Origin: Trichodelitschia bisporula
Taxonomy: Eukaryota
NCBI GenBank assembly: GCA_010356995.1
Contig: ML996702.1
Span: 617,609 to 681,608 of the forward strand
Direction of reading: 5' to 3'
Length of the DNA: 64,000 nt
A program made the position numbers and the translations under genes. The notes beneath the pieces were generated by a model. That model ran no database searches. It was not told where the DNA came from and saw nothing but the letters and a program-made list of their open reading frames with translations. Positions 34,194 through 45,192 of this stretch are shown here, piece by piece. The first letter of the stretch is position 1, and each line of letters starts with the position of its first letter.

Positions 34194-36064
34194 TTACACA
34201 GCCCTCCGCCCCACCCCCAACGGACTCCCCCTAACCTCCTCCACCTTCCCATTCACCCCCCTCCTCCCAACCACCCTCCCCCCAAGACTCCCATCACTAA
34301 CCGCACTTCCCACACTATCCCCACTCCCCCTCCGTCCCCTCAGCAGCGCCCTAATCCCCCCCGCCTTCCGCACCGGCACCTCCCCCTTCCCCGCCGTCGC
34401 AATATACATAACATACAGCAAATTCGCCAACGTCTGCCGCACATCCAGCACCTTGACACCCAGCGCCGCGGCTAACATTTCTACATCCTTATCGAGTAAG
34501 AAAACGCCGTACTCGAATTTGTACCGCACGGCCCCCTTGAGGTACAAAGGGTACACCATCCCGCGGGCTCCCGCAGTCGCGCTAATCCCGTCTTCAATTT
34601 CGCTCCGCGAGCCTCGCGCGAGAATTCCGTATGGCAAGGCGACGCCCAGGTACGCTGCCGCCGCGCCCACCAACTGCGCCGCGTGCCCCAGCGCCGCACC
34701 CACCTCACCGTCATCAAGCCCAGCCGAAGTAAAGTCCCCATGCGGCGGCAACCTCAACCCACGAATCGTGAACGCAAGCGGCGGCGCCGGCCGCGGCGCC
34801 GGCTCGATCGGAAAGATATCGCATAAGTCCGCGCAGATGCGCCGCCGCTGCGCGTGCATTTCATCCGCCAGACCCTGCACGGCTTGTTTCTGTGCATCGA
34901 GCGCGGGGCGCGCGGCTGCGAGGTCATTTTGGGTTTGGGATATCGATTCCCGGGCGGCGGCGATGAGGGACCGGCGCGATGCGAGGCGGCTGCGCAGCTC
35001 GTCGCGCCTGCTCCGAGCAGCGTCGAGGCGGCGCCGCTCGAGGGCTGCGGCGGCGGTGGTTGCGGACAGGGATTCGCGGGCGGCGGATGCGCGGGAGAGT
35101 GTATTGAGCGCGGGTTCGTGGGCGGCGAGGAGATCGTTGATTTGTGCTTCCAGGCGGGCGCGCGTGGCTAGCGCGTCTTGGATGCACTCATCCAGCGTCG
35201 CGAGGCGCATGAGCGCGCCGTAGCTTGCCGTGGGCTGGACGCGGGACAGCGCGCGGACGGGTAAATCGAGCGGCGGGTCAGGGGTCGGGAAGTCTGTGAA
35301 GCTAGTGTACACGCCGTCTGTCAGGTGAAAGAGGATGCAGTTCTCAGGCAGCGGCTGCCGGAAGCCTTCGAGGGTTTTGCCGACGAATTGGAGTGCGCGG
35401 AGGGAGAGGGTCATTTCGATTAGGAAGCGGTAGGAGCGCATGTCTGCGTTTTTGGCCCAGACGCGTACTTGTACTTCTGCTCGTCGGGTTACGCTCGGCC
35501 CGGCGGGGGAGAGGTCGAAGGAGCGGAAGTTCGGGTTCATGGTTTGTGGGACTACTTCGCTGATGTATACGGGCGCGTCTTCACCGTCGACGTGCAGGCT
35601 GAAGAATACATCCGCCATGCGCGAGCGCAACACGTTCTCGAGCCGCCGCTGGCGCGTCTGCAGCGGCGCATCCGTCCAGTCCAGCGTGCTGCGGCGGCGC
35701 AGACGGGCAGCCGGACGATCACGATCGAGCTTGCGCGGGCTGCCGTCGGCCGCAGGGCGCAAGGGACGTAGATCAGAGGACGAGCGTGAGTGCCCTAGCT
35801 CGCGGTGCTCGCGCTGCGCGAGGGCTTTGGCGGGGGATTGCCGCGTCGAGGGCAGGACTTCGTCGTCGAGGGTTAGGGGGTGGGCGGCGTGTTGGCGCGG
35901 CGTCAGGGCCAGGTTGCGGATTGTGAGGCCTTGGAGGTGGCGGAGGCGGCGGTTCTATGCGGGTTAGAATGGTGTTGCTGATGCTGATACTGACGTACGT
36001 AGGGGTAGAGCCATGGCCGCTCGCGCCGGAGGCTCCCTGGGATCTCGACGTTGGCTTCGGCCAT
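34194..36064 (-). CDS. VPS38: Vps38/UVRAG homolog (class III PI3K complex II subunit). Intron 35955-35998.
   Basis: MAEANVE...RERPWLYPY|NRRLRHLQGLTIRNL, a C2-like segment (VYISEVVPQTMNPNFRSFDL, LPENCILFHLTDGVYT), a coiled coil, and a BARA-like end (FTIRGLRLP, AALGHAAQLV, YPLY...FEYGVFLLDKDVE). Confidence 0.85.
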
Positions 36065-36303
36065 GGTGCGCAACGTAGCAAAGACACTGAATTCATCGAG
36101 GCACAGATGTGCAATTGGAAGCGTGTTGTGAAATAATCATCGGGAGTGGTGTTGTTGTTCCCAACTGCCTGAGCCGGGCGTAAGAAGCGGGAGATCCAGC
36201 GACCCCGGTCCGTGACATCGGAGCTCATTTTCTGCCGACAAAAACCTCCTCAACACCACGCACCATCACCGCCGTCACCTCCACCTCCGCACACCTCCCC
36301 ACA

Positions 36304-37611
36304 ATGGCCGTCGAAAAGGCCTTCTGGAAGACCAAAATGCCGTGGTACACCCACGGCCAGGCAATCTACCTCTACACACACATCCACACCAACCAAGTCG
36401 TCTACTCGCTCACCCGGGCTATGGACGTACGTCTCTCCCACCCCCCTCAATCCCACCCAACTAACACCAAGCAGAACACCCGCACACTGAAACAACTCAC
36501 CTTCTACGGCAAAAAAACCGTCCCCGCCGCTCTCCGCCGCGACGTCTGGCGCCCCTACGCCGTCGTCTCCCTCCCCCGCGCCCTCCAACCCGTCGGCCTC
36601 TCCACCTACCACTACCTGCGCGAATTCCGCACCCTGCGCGACTACTGCTGGACCTGGACGCCGCCGCCCGACTCCGAGCACCCAACCGCATTGCCAAGCC
36701 GCAAAGACCGCTCCCGCTGGCTCATGGACCAGCGCGCTACCTCCGTCGCCGACCTCGCCGCGGCGCTAACCCGCGCACTCCGTGTCCGCAGCCACGAACC
36801 CGCCCGGATGCGGCACCAGCGCGCGCAGGACCGCAGGGCGTGGGCGGAGTTGCAGGCTTGGGCTAAGAGGGCGGAGAGCGAGGAGTTGGCGATTGTGGAG
36901 AAGAGGCTTGCGGGGCTGGTGAAGGAGATGAAGGGCAGCACGGATCGGCCGCGGGCGGAGCGGCGCGTGAGGGAGGTGCGTGCTAGGCGAAATCGGTTGG
37001 TGAGGGCGAGGGAGGCGCTTGCCTACGTGGATGGAAAGCCGGCGGAGCGGCGCGATCGCTGGAGTAAGACGATGAGGGTGCTTATTGCGAAGCGTGCTTG
37101 GGGGTATCCGGCTGAGGAGGTTACCGAGGAGCAGATGGCTGAGGCTGTGGTGGATTCTGAGGACGGTGTGATTCCGCCCGCGCCGTATGAGCCGGTTCGG
37201 CCGTGGACGGAGAACGAGGAGGACATGGAGGCAGCGGTGCAGGCCCAGACGGCGGCGGAGGAAGCTGGGCAGGCGGAGGCGGATGCGGCCCCTGAGCCCA
37301 CGGTGCCGGAGAACGCGATCCGGATCAAGTGGACGGATTTGCGGGATGCGGAGTACGCGGCGGAGTGGCCGGCGAGCGTGTATCATGAGTGGATGGGGAT
37401 TATGACAAGGAGGACGAGGCGGTTTACGGCGCCGAAGCCGAAGTGGCCGCCTGTGTTGGAAATTAAGGGGAAGCGTGAAAAGCGGGAGAGGGTGGATGGG
37501 GAGGGTAAGGTTGAGAAGGTGGATGTGGAGCGCAAGATGCCGGTGGAGGAGGAGAAGAAGGGGGTGTTGGGGTGGATTAAGTCGAAGGTGGGGAAGGAGG
37601 AGAGGGTGTAG
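36304..37611 (+). CDS. MHR1: Mhr1 / mitoribosomal mL67 family protein. Probable in-frame intron 36427-36474.
   Basis: HGQAIYLYTHIHTNQVVYSL...LKQLTFYGKKTVPAALRRDVWRP...GLSTYHYLREFR...LMDQRATSVADLA and C-terminal IKWTDLRDAEYAAEWPASVYH. Confidence 0.85.
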   Translation: MAVEKAFWKTKMPWYTHGQAIYLYTHIHTNQVVYSLTRAMDVRLSHPPQSHPTNTKQNTRTLKQLTFYGKKTVPAALRRDVWRPYAVVSLPRALQPVGLSTYHYLREFRTLRDYCWTWTPPPDSEHPTALPSRKDRSRWLMDQRATSVADLAAALTRALRVRSHEPARMRHQRAQDRRAWAELQAWAKRAESEELAIVEKRLAGLVKEMKGSTDRPRAERRVREVRARRNRLVRAREALAYVDGKPAERRDRWSKTMRVLIAKRAWGYPAEEVTEEQMAEAVVDSEDGVIPPAPYEPVRPWTENEEDMEAAVQAQTAAEEAGQAEADAAPEPTVPENAIRIKWTDLRDAEYAAEWPASVYHEWMGIMTRRTRRFTAPKPKWPPVLEIKGKREKRERVDGEGKVEKVDVERKMPVEEEKKGVLGWIKSKVGKEERV

Positions 37612-38038
37612 ATATAGATCGGTCAAGTGTAGGAATATGTTGCTGCGTTGTATCGCATTGCTCCGCTTTCCGAGGGTCTAACTACCCCTATCGTGATGCC
37701 CCTGATGGCCATCCTCGTTGAATCTGTCCGCACATCCCGTCACTATGATCCTCAACTGCTTTCTGGCTCTATCGAAATGGAGCACACGAAGTCTCTACTG
37801 TACCAACACTATCCCATTGAAGATACTACCTATATGATTGCCTCAGGAGTACCCTAGCTTCGAGTATAAGAACCGAAACTCATCAACGTCAAAAACAGGA
37901 AGCTCGGAATCTGGAGCAGCCATCAAAGTACCGAAATCATTTACCCTATACACCCAAGAAAGTCTAAAACAGAACAGCGCTGGCTCGCTAATTCCCAAAA
38001 ATGTCAGCCTCGAAATTCCCCATCCCCATCTGTCAAGC

Positions 38039-38156
38039 ACATACGGCCATAGGTCGCAGAAAGCACCAGTCCCCGTCTGCTCACTGAAGTTAACCTGCGA
38101 ACCGACTGACTAGTAGTTGCGTGGGTGACCAGCAGCGAATCCCAGTTGCTGTATGT
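38039..38156 (+). rRNA. 5S rRNA, array copy 1
   Basis: 118 nt, acatacggccata...gaatcccagttgctgtatgt. Terminal helix acatacggc/gctgtatgt, internal control region with gaagttaa and actagta, and a T-run terminator. Confidence 0.95.
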
Positions 38157-38237
38157 TTTTGCTCTTTTGCCGAACTCTTCTATCCTGCCTCTCATAAAAC
38201 AAAGAGGATTGATATCTCAAGATCGGCTTTCTTCAGC

Positions 38238-38355
38238 ACATACGGCCATAGGTCGCAGAAAGCACCAGTCCCCGTCTGCTCACTGAAGTGAACCTGCGAA
38301 CCGACTGACTAGTAGTTGCGTGGGTGACCAGCAGCGAATCCCAGTTGCTGTATGT
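38238..38355 (+). rRNA. 5S rRNA, array copy 2
   Basis: Near-identical to copy 1 (gtgaac instead of gttaac); 199-bp period. Confidence 0.95.
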
Positions 38356-38437
38356 TTTTGCTCTTCCTGCCGAACTCTTTTATCCTGCCTCTCATAAAAC
38401 TAAGAGGATTGATATCTCAACATCGTCTCTCTTCAGC

Positions 38438-38518
38438 ACATACGGCCATAGGTCGCAGAAAGCACCAGTCCCCGTCTGCTCACTGAAGTGAACCTGCGAA
38501 CCGACTGACTAGTAGTTG
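38438..38518 (+). rRNA. 5S rRNA, array copy 3 (3' part lost in the gap)
   Basis: Identical to copy 2 up to the N run; 200-bp period. Confidence 0.9.
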
Positions 38519-38888
38519 NNNNNNNNNNNNNNNNNNNNNNNNNNNNNNNNNNNNNNNNNNNNNNNNNNNNNNNNNNNNNNNNNNNNNNNNNNNNNNNNNN
38601 NNNNNNNNNNNNNNNNNNNNNNNNNNNNNNNNNNNNNNNNNNNNNNNNNNNNNNNNNNNNNNNNNNNNNNNNNNNNNNNNNNNNNNNNNNNNNNNNNNNN
38701 NNNNNNNNNNNNNNNNNNNNNNNNNNNNNNNNNNNNNNNNNNNNNNNNNNNNNNNNNNNNNNNNNNNNNNNNNNNNNNNNNNNNNNNNNNNNNNNNNNNN
38801 NNNNNNNNNNNNNNNNNNNNNNNNNNNNNNNNNNNNNNNNNNNNNNNNNNNNNNNNNNNNNNNNNNNNNNNNNNNNNNNNNNNNNNNN
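38519..38888. other. Assembly gap within the 5S array (probably hides at least one more copy)
   Basis: N run. The nominal starts on either side differ by ~416 bp, about two repeat units. Confidence 0.9.
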
Positions 38889-38971
38889 CGTCTGCTCACT
38901 GAAGTGAACCTGCGAACCGACTGACTAGTAGTTGCGTGGGTGACCAGCAGCGAATCCCAGTTGCTGTATGT
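38889..38971 (+). rRNA. 5S rRNA, penultimate array copy (5' part in the gap)
   Basis: cgtctgctcactgaagtgaacc...gctgtatgt, identical to copy 2. Confidence 0.9.
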
Positions 38972-39052
38972 TTTTGCTCTTTTGCCGAACCCTCCTATCC
39001 TTCCTCTCATAAAACTAAGAGGATTGATATCTCAACATCGTCTCTTTTCAGC

Positions 39053-39170
39053 ACATACGGCCACAGATCACAGAGAACACCAGTCCCCGTCTGCTCACTG
39101 AAGTTAAGCTGTGAATCGATTGACTAGTAGTTGAGTGGGTGACCATCAGCGAATCCCAATTGCTGTATGT
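39053..39170 (+). rRNA. 5S rRNA, last array copy, divergent isotype
   Basis: 118 nt with about 12 substitutions relative to copy 1, most of them in compensating pairs; T-run terminator present. Confidence 0.9.
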
Positions 39171-39543
39171 TTTTGCTCTTTTGTGTATTCTTGGGTCGTG
39201 GTTGGAGGGTGGACGAGAGGGAGGGTTGAGGGTAAGACCATGATGGTGATGTCATAGGACTCGAGAGTTTTGGCTAGTTTGTGGCCTAGAGCTGTTTATC
39301 TGTGGACAGCATGGTCGAATAGCTTTTTACAAAGTCCAGGTCTGTTGCTTGTTAGCAAAGGTCAAAAAAAAGCATTAGCACAAAATTCAATTGCAAGAAT
39401 GGCACGTAACAAAGCAATAGCACAGAAAACCACAAAGCAATCCATTGGTATCTTACGCATAATCCAGCAGACTCCTCCCAACCGTAAACACGCCCGTCAA
39501 TGCCCAACCCAGACCATACGCCCCACTCGTGCCCTCGTAAACC

Positions 39544-40175
39544 CTATGCCTTCGATCCCGCCTTCGATGCCTTGGGAGCAGCTTTCCGCGGCTGCGTCTT
39601 TAAGCCCTTTTTGATGAGCAGAGGGATCACATCCGCACTCCTGTGCCGGTTGAGCGTCTTGCGGCAGATGGGACATTGCGAGCGCCTCGCGTCCGTCATG
39701 CGTGACCGCGCCTCGCCCGATATCAGGGCTTCCTGGAGACAGGCGTGGCAGAAAAGATGCCCTGGAAATATCAGTAACTGTTCTAATACAGGCTAAGGTA
39801 CATACCGCAGGACGTGGCCGTCAAGTCCGTCGGCTTATCCATGCAGATGACACAGGTGAGGGAGTTGAGCCGGAGCGGCTTCTCAGGTTCCGGTTTTTCC
39901 TGCTTCTTCGCTTGCTTATCCATCGTCTTTTCTGGCGGCGAGCTGTCAAGCGGAATGGGCGAGGCCTCCTCAACGCGACGCGCGTTGCGGCGGCGGCGCT
40001 TGGTGGACGGCGATTCCTCGGCGTCGGTGGAGTCGCGCTTAGAGGCGCGTCGCTTGCGTGGCCCCATACCTAAGGTGGAAGCGGAGGCACCGGATATGTC
40101 GGGGTCGCTGAGTTCAAGGAAGAGGGTGTCGTAGTCGTCCGTGTCGTAGTCTGTGGTGGCCGGGCCGGAAGACAT
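39544..40175 (-). CDS. C3HC4 RING finger protein, Slx8/RNF4-like E3 ligase. Intron 39762-39805.
   Basis: LTCVICMDKPTDLTATSC|GHLFCHACLQEAL...QCPICRK, with an acidic N-terminus and a basic NLS-like tract. Intron is GTATGT...ACTGAT...CAG. Confidence 0.85.
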
Positions 40176-40652
40176 GGCGGGTTTATTTGCCCGCCCGTTA
40201 GGCAGAAGTTCGGGTTTGCGGGTGGCTGCGTGTGGAGGATGTAAGAAGGCGTGCAGGGTGAAAGAACGAGTAGATGGTGAAAGAATGAGCGTGGTCTGAG
40301 TAGAAGTTGGTATATACGGTTTATAGAGGGGAGTCGGCGGATGTGGAAGCCGGAGGGCTCGGCGTTCTGTACGGGAAGGTGGCGGACTTGTTCATGGGGC
40401 TGATGAATAAGCACAGCTTTGATATTGCCAAGTTATATCTAGCAGGCACCAAGGCGCTAAGGCCGTAAGGCAACTAGTCCCACCCTCATCAGGCGCTTAT
40501 CAGGCACAAGAGGCACTTGCTTCCGTCATGACGACGAAATTTGCGACGCGAAGTGGAAAAAGGGCCCGCTTCCCATCGCTCATCTCGAGCCTCATTCTCT
40601 CTTTCTCTGCCCACCATGCATTAGCCATCAACCACACTAAATCCTCCGGACT

Positions 40653-43600
40653 ATGCACCCGTATCAGCGCACGCGATTAGTGGCGCAGGTTAGCCGACGT
40701 TACCGCGCACTCTGCGACGTAGCCCCCGCCCCGATACCGCGAAGATGCTACGCGACGTCCGACGCTGCCACGGACAGCGCTATGAAGACGCTTGCAGGTG
40801 GGTGCTTCATGTGGCGATGATGCTGGGTCCGTTGGCTCCGCGAGCTTCGCTGACCTTTCAGTCCCGGCTGAAGCGCGTTACAATGAACTCGGTGTACAGC
40901 AGCTCACCGGTCATGTCCATCGGCAGGTCTTCCTCAACGGCTCGACTCGGGCGCCGCCAGAGCTCGTGAAGCTCGCTCAGGACCACCTCTCGCGTCATGA
41001 ACTGCTGGGCAAGACGCAGGAGGCTTCGCCGCCTGTAGCCTTTGATCTCCCGCCCTTACACGGCTCTACCATGGACGAGCACTTCTACAAGCTGGGCATG
41101 GATTCCGCGGAGCCATATCTCACGCAGGCAAAGACCTTCGCCCTGTCCAATCTACCGCCGCGGCCACGGAAATGGATCAGCCGCAGCGGGTGGACAAAGT
41201 ACAACTCCGACGGATCGTCAGAAGCCGTAGACGCGCCGGACGAGGCCTTGCTCACTTTTGATACTGAGGTTATGTGGAAGGAGACGAGCTTCGCGTGCAT
41301 GGCCTGCGCTGCGAGTCCGACGGCGTGGTACGCGTGGATTTCGCCATGGCTGTTGGGCGAGTCCAACACGGACCGGCATCTGATACCTTTTGGCGACCCA
41401 CAGAAGCCGCGGATTGTGATTGGGCACAATATCGGCTACGATCGCGCCCGGATAGCTGAGGAGTACAATATCGAGCAATCCGCGAACTTCTTCATCGACA
41501 CCATGTCGCTGCACGTTGCTGTCAACGGCATGTGCTCGCGGCAGCGGCCGACCTGGATGAAGCACAGCAAAAACCGCCAGATGCGCGACGAAATGGCTAA
41601 AGGCAGCCAGTCAGCCGATCTGGCGCTGCTGCTCGAGTCGTGCTCGATCATGGACGAAGAGGAGGAGCTGTGGGTCGGGCGCAGCTCAATTAATTCGCTA
41701 CGTGATGTCGCGAAGTTCCACTGTGATATTACGATTGACAAGGCAAGACGTGAGTACTTTGGCGAATTGGACCGTACCGGGATAGTGGAAAAGCTGGATG
41801 AGCTGCTCGACTACTGCGCCGCCGATGTGGACATCACGCACCGCGTGTTCCAGAAGGTGTTTCCCCACTTTCTGGAGACGTGCCCGCACCCCGTAAGCTT
41901 CGCCGCGCTGCGGCATCTCTCGGCCGAGATTCTACCCGTCAACAAGTCGTGGGAGTCGTATATTGCGAACGCCGAGGCAACATACCACAAGCTCTCTGAT
42001 GGTGTCACCGAAAGGCTGGTACAATTGGCTCAGGGAGCGCTGGAGCTTAAGGATGACCCCGAAAAGTACACTCAGGACCCATGGCTCAGCCAGCTCGACT
42101 GGTCGGGACAAGAAATTCGGATGACGAAGGGCTCGAAGAAGGCACCACCACGGCCCACCGCGCGCCAAAAGCTCCCTGGAATGCCGAAATGGTGGAAGGA
42201 TCTGCACGTCAAGGCATCGTCACAACCCAGCTTGACGGTGCGCACGAGGATAGCGCCTTTGCTCCTGCGTCTATCCTGGATGGGCCATCCGCTGGTCTGG
42301 TCTAACCTGCACGGGTTTACGTTCAAGGTGCCTCTCGTGGACGTTCCAAAGCTGCAGGTGAAAGCGTTGCAGGAGTGCGACATGGGCGAAGAAGAGAACC
42401 CCAAGCTGCGGGACGACTACAATCATCGATACTTCAAGATTCCTCACAAGGATGGCCCCAACGCGCGGTGTACTAACCCGCTCGCCAAGGGATACCTTCA
42501 ATATTTTGAAAATGGCATACTGACCTCGGCATTCGATTACGCAAAGACCGCGCTGGAGATGAATGCGTCTTGCTCATACTGGATCAGCGCACGCGACCGC
42601 ATCATGTCGCAACTGGTGGTTTACGCCGACGAGATCAAGGCGCCGGAGAAGAAGCATCGGAAAAAAAAGGACAGCCTGGCCTTTATCCTCCCCCAAATCA
42701 TCCCCATGGGCACTATCACGCGCCGCGCCGTCGAAAATACCTGGCTGACGGCAAGCAACGCGAAGAAGAACCGCGTCGGCTCGGAGCTCAAGTCTATGGT
42801 CAAGGCGCCACCCGGGTATTGCTTTGTCGGTGCGGACGTCGACTCCGAGGAGCTGTGGATTGCGAGTCTAGTTGGTGATGCGCAGTTCAAGTTGCATGGT
42901 GGCAATGCCATTGGCTTCATGACGCTGGAGGGGACGAAGGCTGCGGGCACGGATCTGCACTCACGCACGGCGAAGATTCTAGGTATCTCGCGCAACGATG
43001 CAAAGGTGTTCAACTATGGACGCATCTACGGCGCGGGCGCGCGGTTCGCGGCGCAGCTACTGCGGCAATTCAGCCCGGGCACCCCGGAGAAGGACGCTGT
43101 GGACACGGCGACGCGGCTGTATGTTGAGACGAAGGGCAAGAAGACGAACCGCAAATCGCTGCATGAGCGGCCGTTCTGGCGCGGTGGCACCGAGTCGTTT
43201 GTCTTCAACCGGCTAGAGGACTTTGCCGAGCAATCACTTCCACGGACACCAGTGCTAGCGGCTGGCATCACCGAAGCGCTAATGCGGCGGTACATCAGCA
43301 AAGGCGGCTTCCTAACCTCGCGGATCAACTGGGCCATCCAGTCCTCAGGCGTGGACTACCTACATCTCCTAATCGTATCCATGGACTATCTAATCCGGCG
43401 CTACAACATCAGCGCCCGCCTCTCCCTAACCGTTCACGACGAAATCCGCTACCTCGTTCGCGAGGAGGACAAATACCGCACCGCCATGGCGCTGCAAGTC
43501 GCCAACCTCTGGACTCGCGCTATGTTCTCCCAGCAGATGGGCATTGACGATCTACCCCAGGCCGTCGCTTTTTTCTCGGCCGTGGACATCGATGCTGTGC

Positions 43601-44076
43601 TGAGGAAGGAGGTCGATATGGATTGCGTGACGCCTTCGCACCCGACGCCTATTCCGCCCGGCGAGACAGTCGATATTAATCAGCTCCTTGCCAAGGGGTC
43701 CGCTGCGTGTCTGGATCCGGCGATTTTGTCGTCTAACCCTCCCCGCCCCGACCGCTTCGCATACACGCCGCGCACGCCGGTGATTCAGGCACTTGAACGG
43801 ACCGCGGGAGGCGGGATCGCGTATCTCAAGGCGCAGATCACGGGGTCCGACAAAGAGTTGAGGGAAATTCTGAAGGAGAAGGAGGGGGTGGATGCGGCGG
43901 TGCGCAGGGCGGCGCCGAAGGTGGAGCCGGCGCCGCGCGTCGATTATCAGTCAAGGGTTTCGGGCTTGGTTGGGGTGGAGGGCTGGGGGAGGGGCTGGGA
44001 GAAGAGGCGGGTGCCGCATGCGCCGGCGCATTGGGCGGGAGTTGGGGGGGCAAGGAGTTGGGGCCGCGTGGGGTAG
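40653..44076 (+). CDS. MIP1: Mitochondrial DNA polymerase gamma. Intron 40798-40861.
   Basis: Exonuclease motifs LTFDTEV, GHNIGYDRARI and YCAADV; polymerase motifs VGADVDSEELW, RNDAKVFNYGRIYGAG and VHDEIRY. Exon 1 (MHPYQRTRLVAQVSRRYRAL...RRCYAT) is an Arg-rich presequence and splices in frame to VPAEARYNE. Confidence 0.97.
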
Positions 44077-44213
44077 GCTTTGCTGGGCTTTTTGGTACGT
44101 AGATAATGTGTATGAGTTAAGAGGGTAGATGTTATGATTATACTTGGACGCTCGATGGTTTACTTCGTGATAGTGCCTATCGACACCGCGATCTACGGTC
44201 CTAGCCCATTACG
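44053..44213 (+). repeat. Copy A of a ~170-bp diverged direct repeat (MIP1 3' end and 3' UTR); copy B at ~45951-46126
   Basis: aggagttggggccg vs aggacttggggccg; taatgtgtatg...gttatgattatacttggacgctcgat vs taatgtgtatg...gttatgattatgcttgaacgctcgat; atcgacaccgcgatctacggtcct vs atcgatacggcgatctgtggtcct. Confidence 0.8.
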
Positions 44214-44236
44214 GTCGGTGTTGTATGCGTTCCCGT

Positions 44237-44392
44237 GGCCGCGTACCCCAGACCCATATGACGTCATTAGGACCTGTGGAATTTTCATCCAGCTGTAGCT
44301 TCGTGTTGCTTGTAGTGGCTGGACATCTGATCCTCCACGGCAGTTTCTTGAGCGCTTGTTGATGAGCCTGTGATCTTGATATCGGAGCGAAG
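44237..44392 (+). repeat. Dispersed repeat, second copy at ~62820-63047
   Basis: Shared blocks in the same order: ggccgcgtacccc, gaccca..tatgacgtca, tggaattt..ccagctgt.gcttc.tgttgct.g.agtg, cgcttgtt..tga.cctgtgat. Confidence 0.75.
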
Positions 44393-45192
44393 GCACCGGT
44401 GGTTGACTTGACCACCGCAGCTGGCCACACCCAGTCCTAGACAATAACCATCATCCTCTCCACATCGGTGCCAGTACTGCCCGCCCCGACAGCAGCCTCG
44501 TAGTGGTTAACGACACGGGCAGTCCCCGAGGAAAATCGTGGACCACGCCATCCGATAATTTTAGGCTGCACTCTGGGCATACTGAAGTTATAAAGTCGCC
44601 GAGTTGCCAGTTTCTTGTTCATCCGAGTACCATCAGCAGGGAGACAACAGAACCACTGCAACTTCCGTCAGTTAAACTTCTGTCAGTTAAACTTCTCCAG
44701 AAGGGAACATACAACCGCCAGTCGATTCTGTCTAGAGAGGTATGTCACATTCCTTAGATTTATCGCGTTCTCCCCCTCTGTTTACTCCGTATAACTTCGC
44801 CTTCCCTCTTTTTCGTGCCTTTCATTCTTCGAGCCCTTTCCTTTCCGTGCCTTTCCTCTTCTCGTTTACCACTTCGCTTGCGTCTTTTCTGTCCGACCCA
44901 CCGTGCCTGCATTACCATCCGAGGGAGGTACCCCTCAGCCGGGAATGAAGTAGCCCACCGACCCGTCGTACCTGCATTGCCATCCGAGGAAGGTACCATC
45001 GTATGTGTAAGGTAGGTACGGCCGGCAGGGTAAACACTGCAGGTCTATTTAATCAGAGGGGTTTCCCCTCTCTCCAGTCCTTCATCCGCTTTTTCCTCAC
45101 CACAGCCTCCACCGCGCTGGAGATCCTCGCACCCATTCTCTTACACTCCAGTCTCTCCTACTCCCCTCAGCCAACCCGACGTTTTGGCCAGC

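Noticed and set aside
38039..39170. Regular repeat-spacer pattern as a CRISPR array
   Set aside because: The repeats are 118-nt 5S rRNA genes, the spacers are near-identical, the context is eukaryotic and there are no cas genes.
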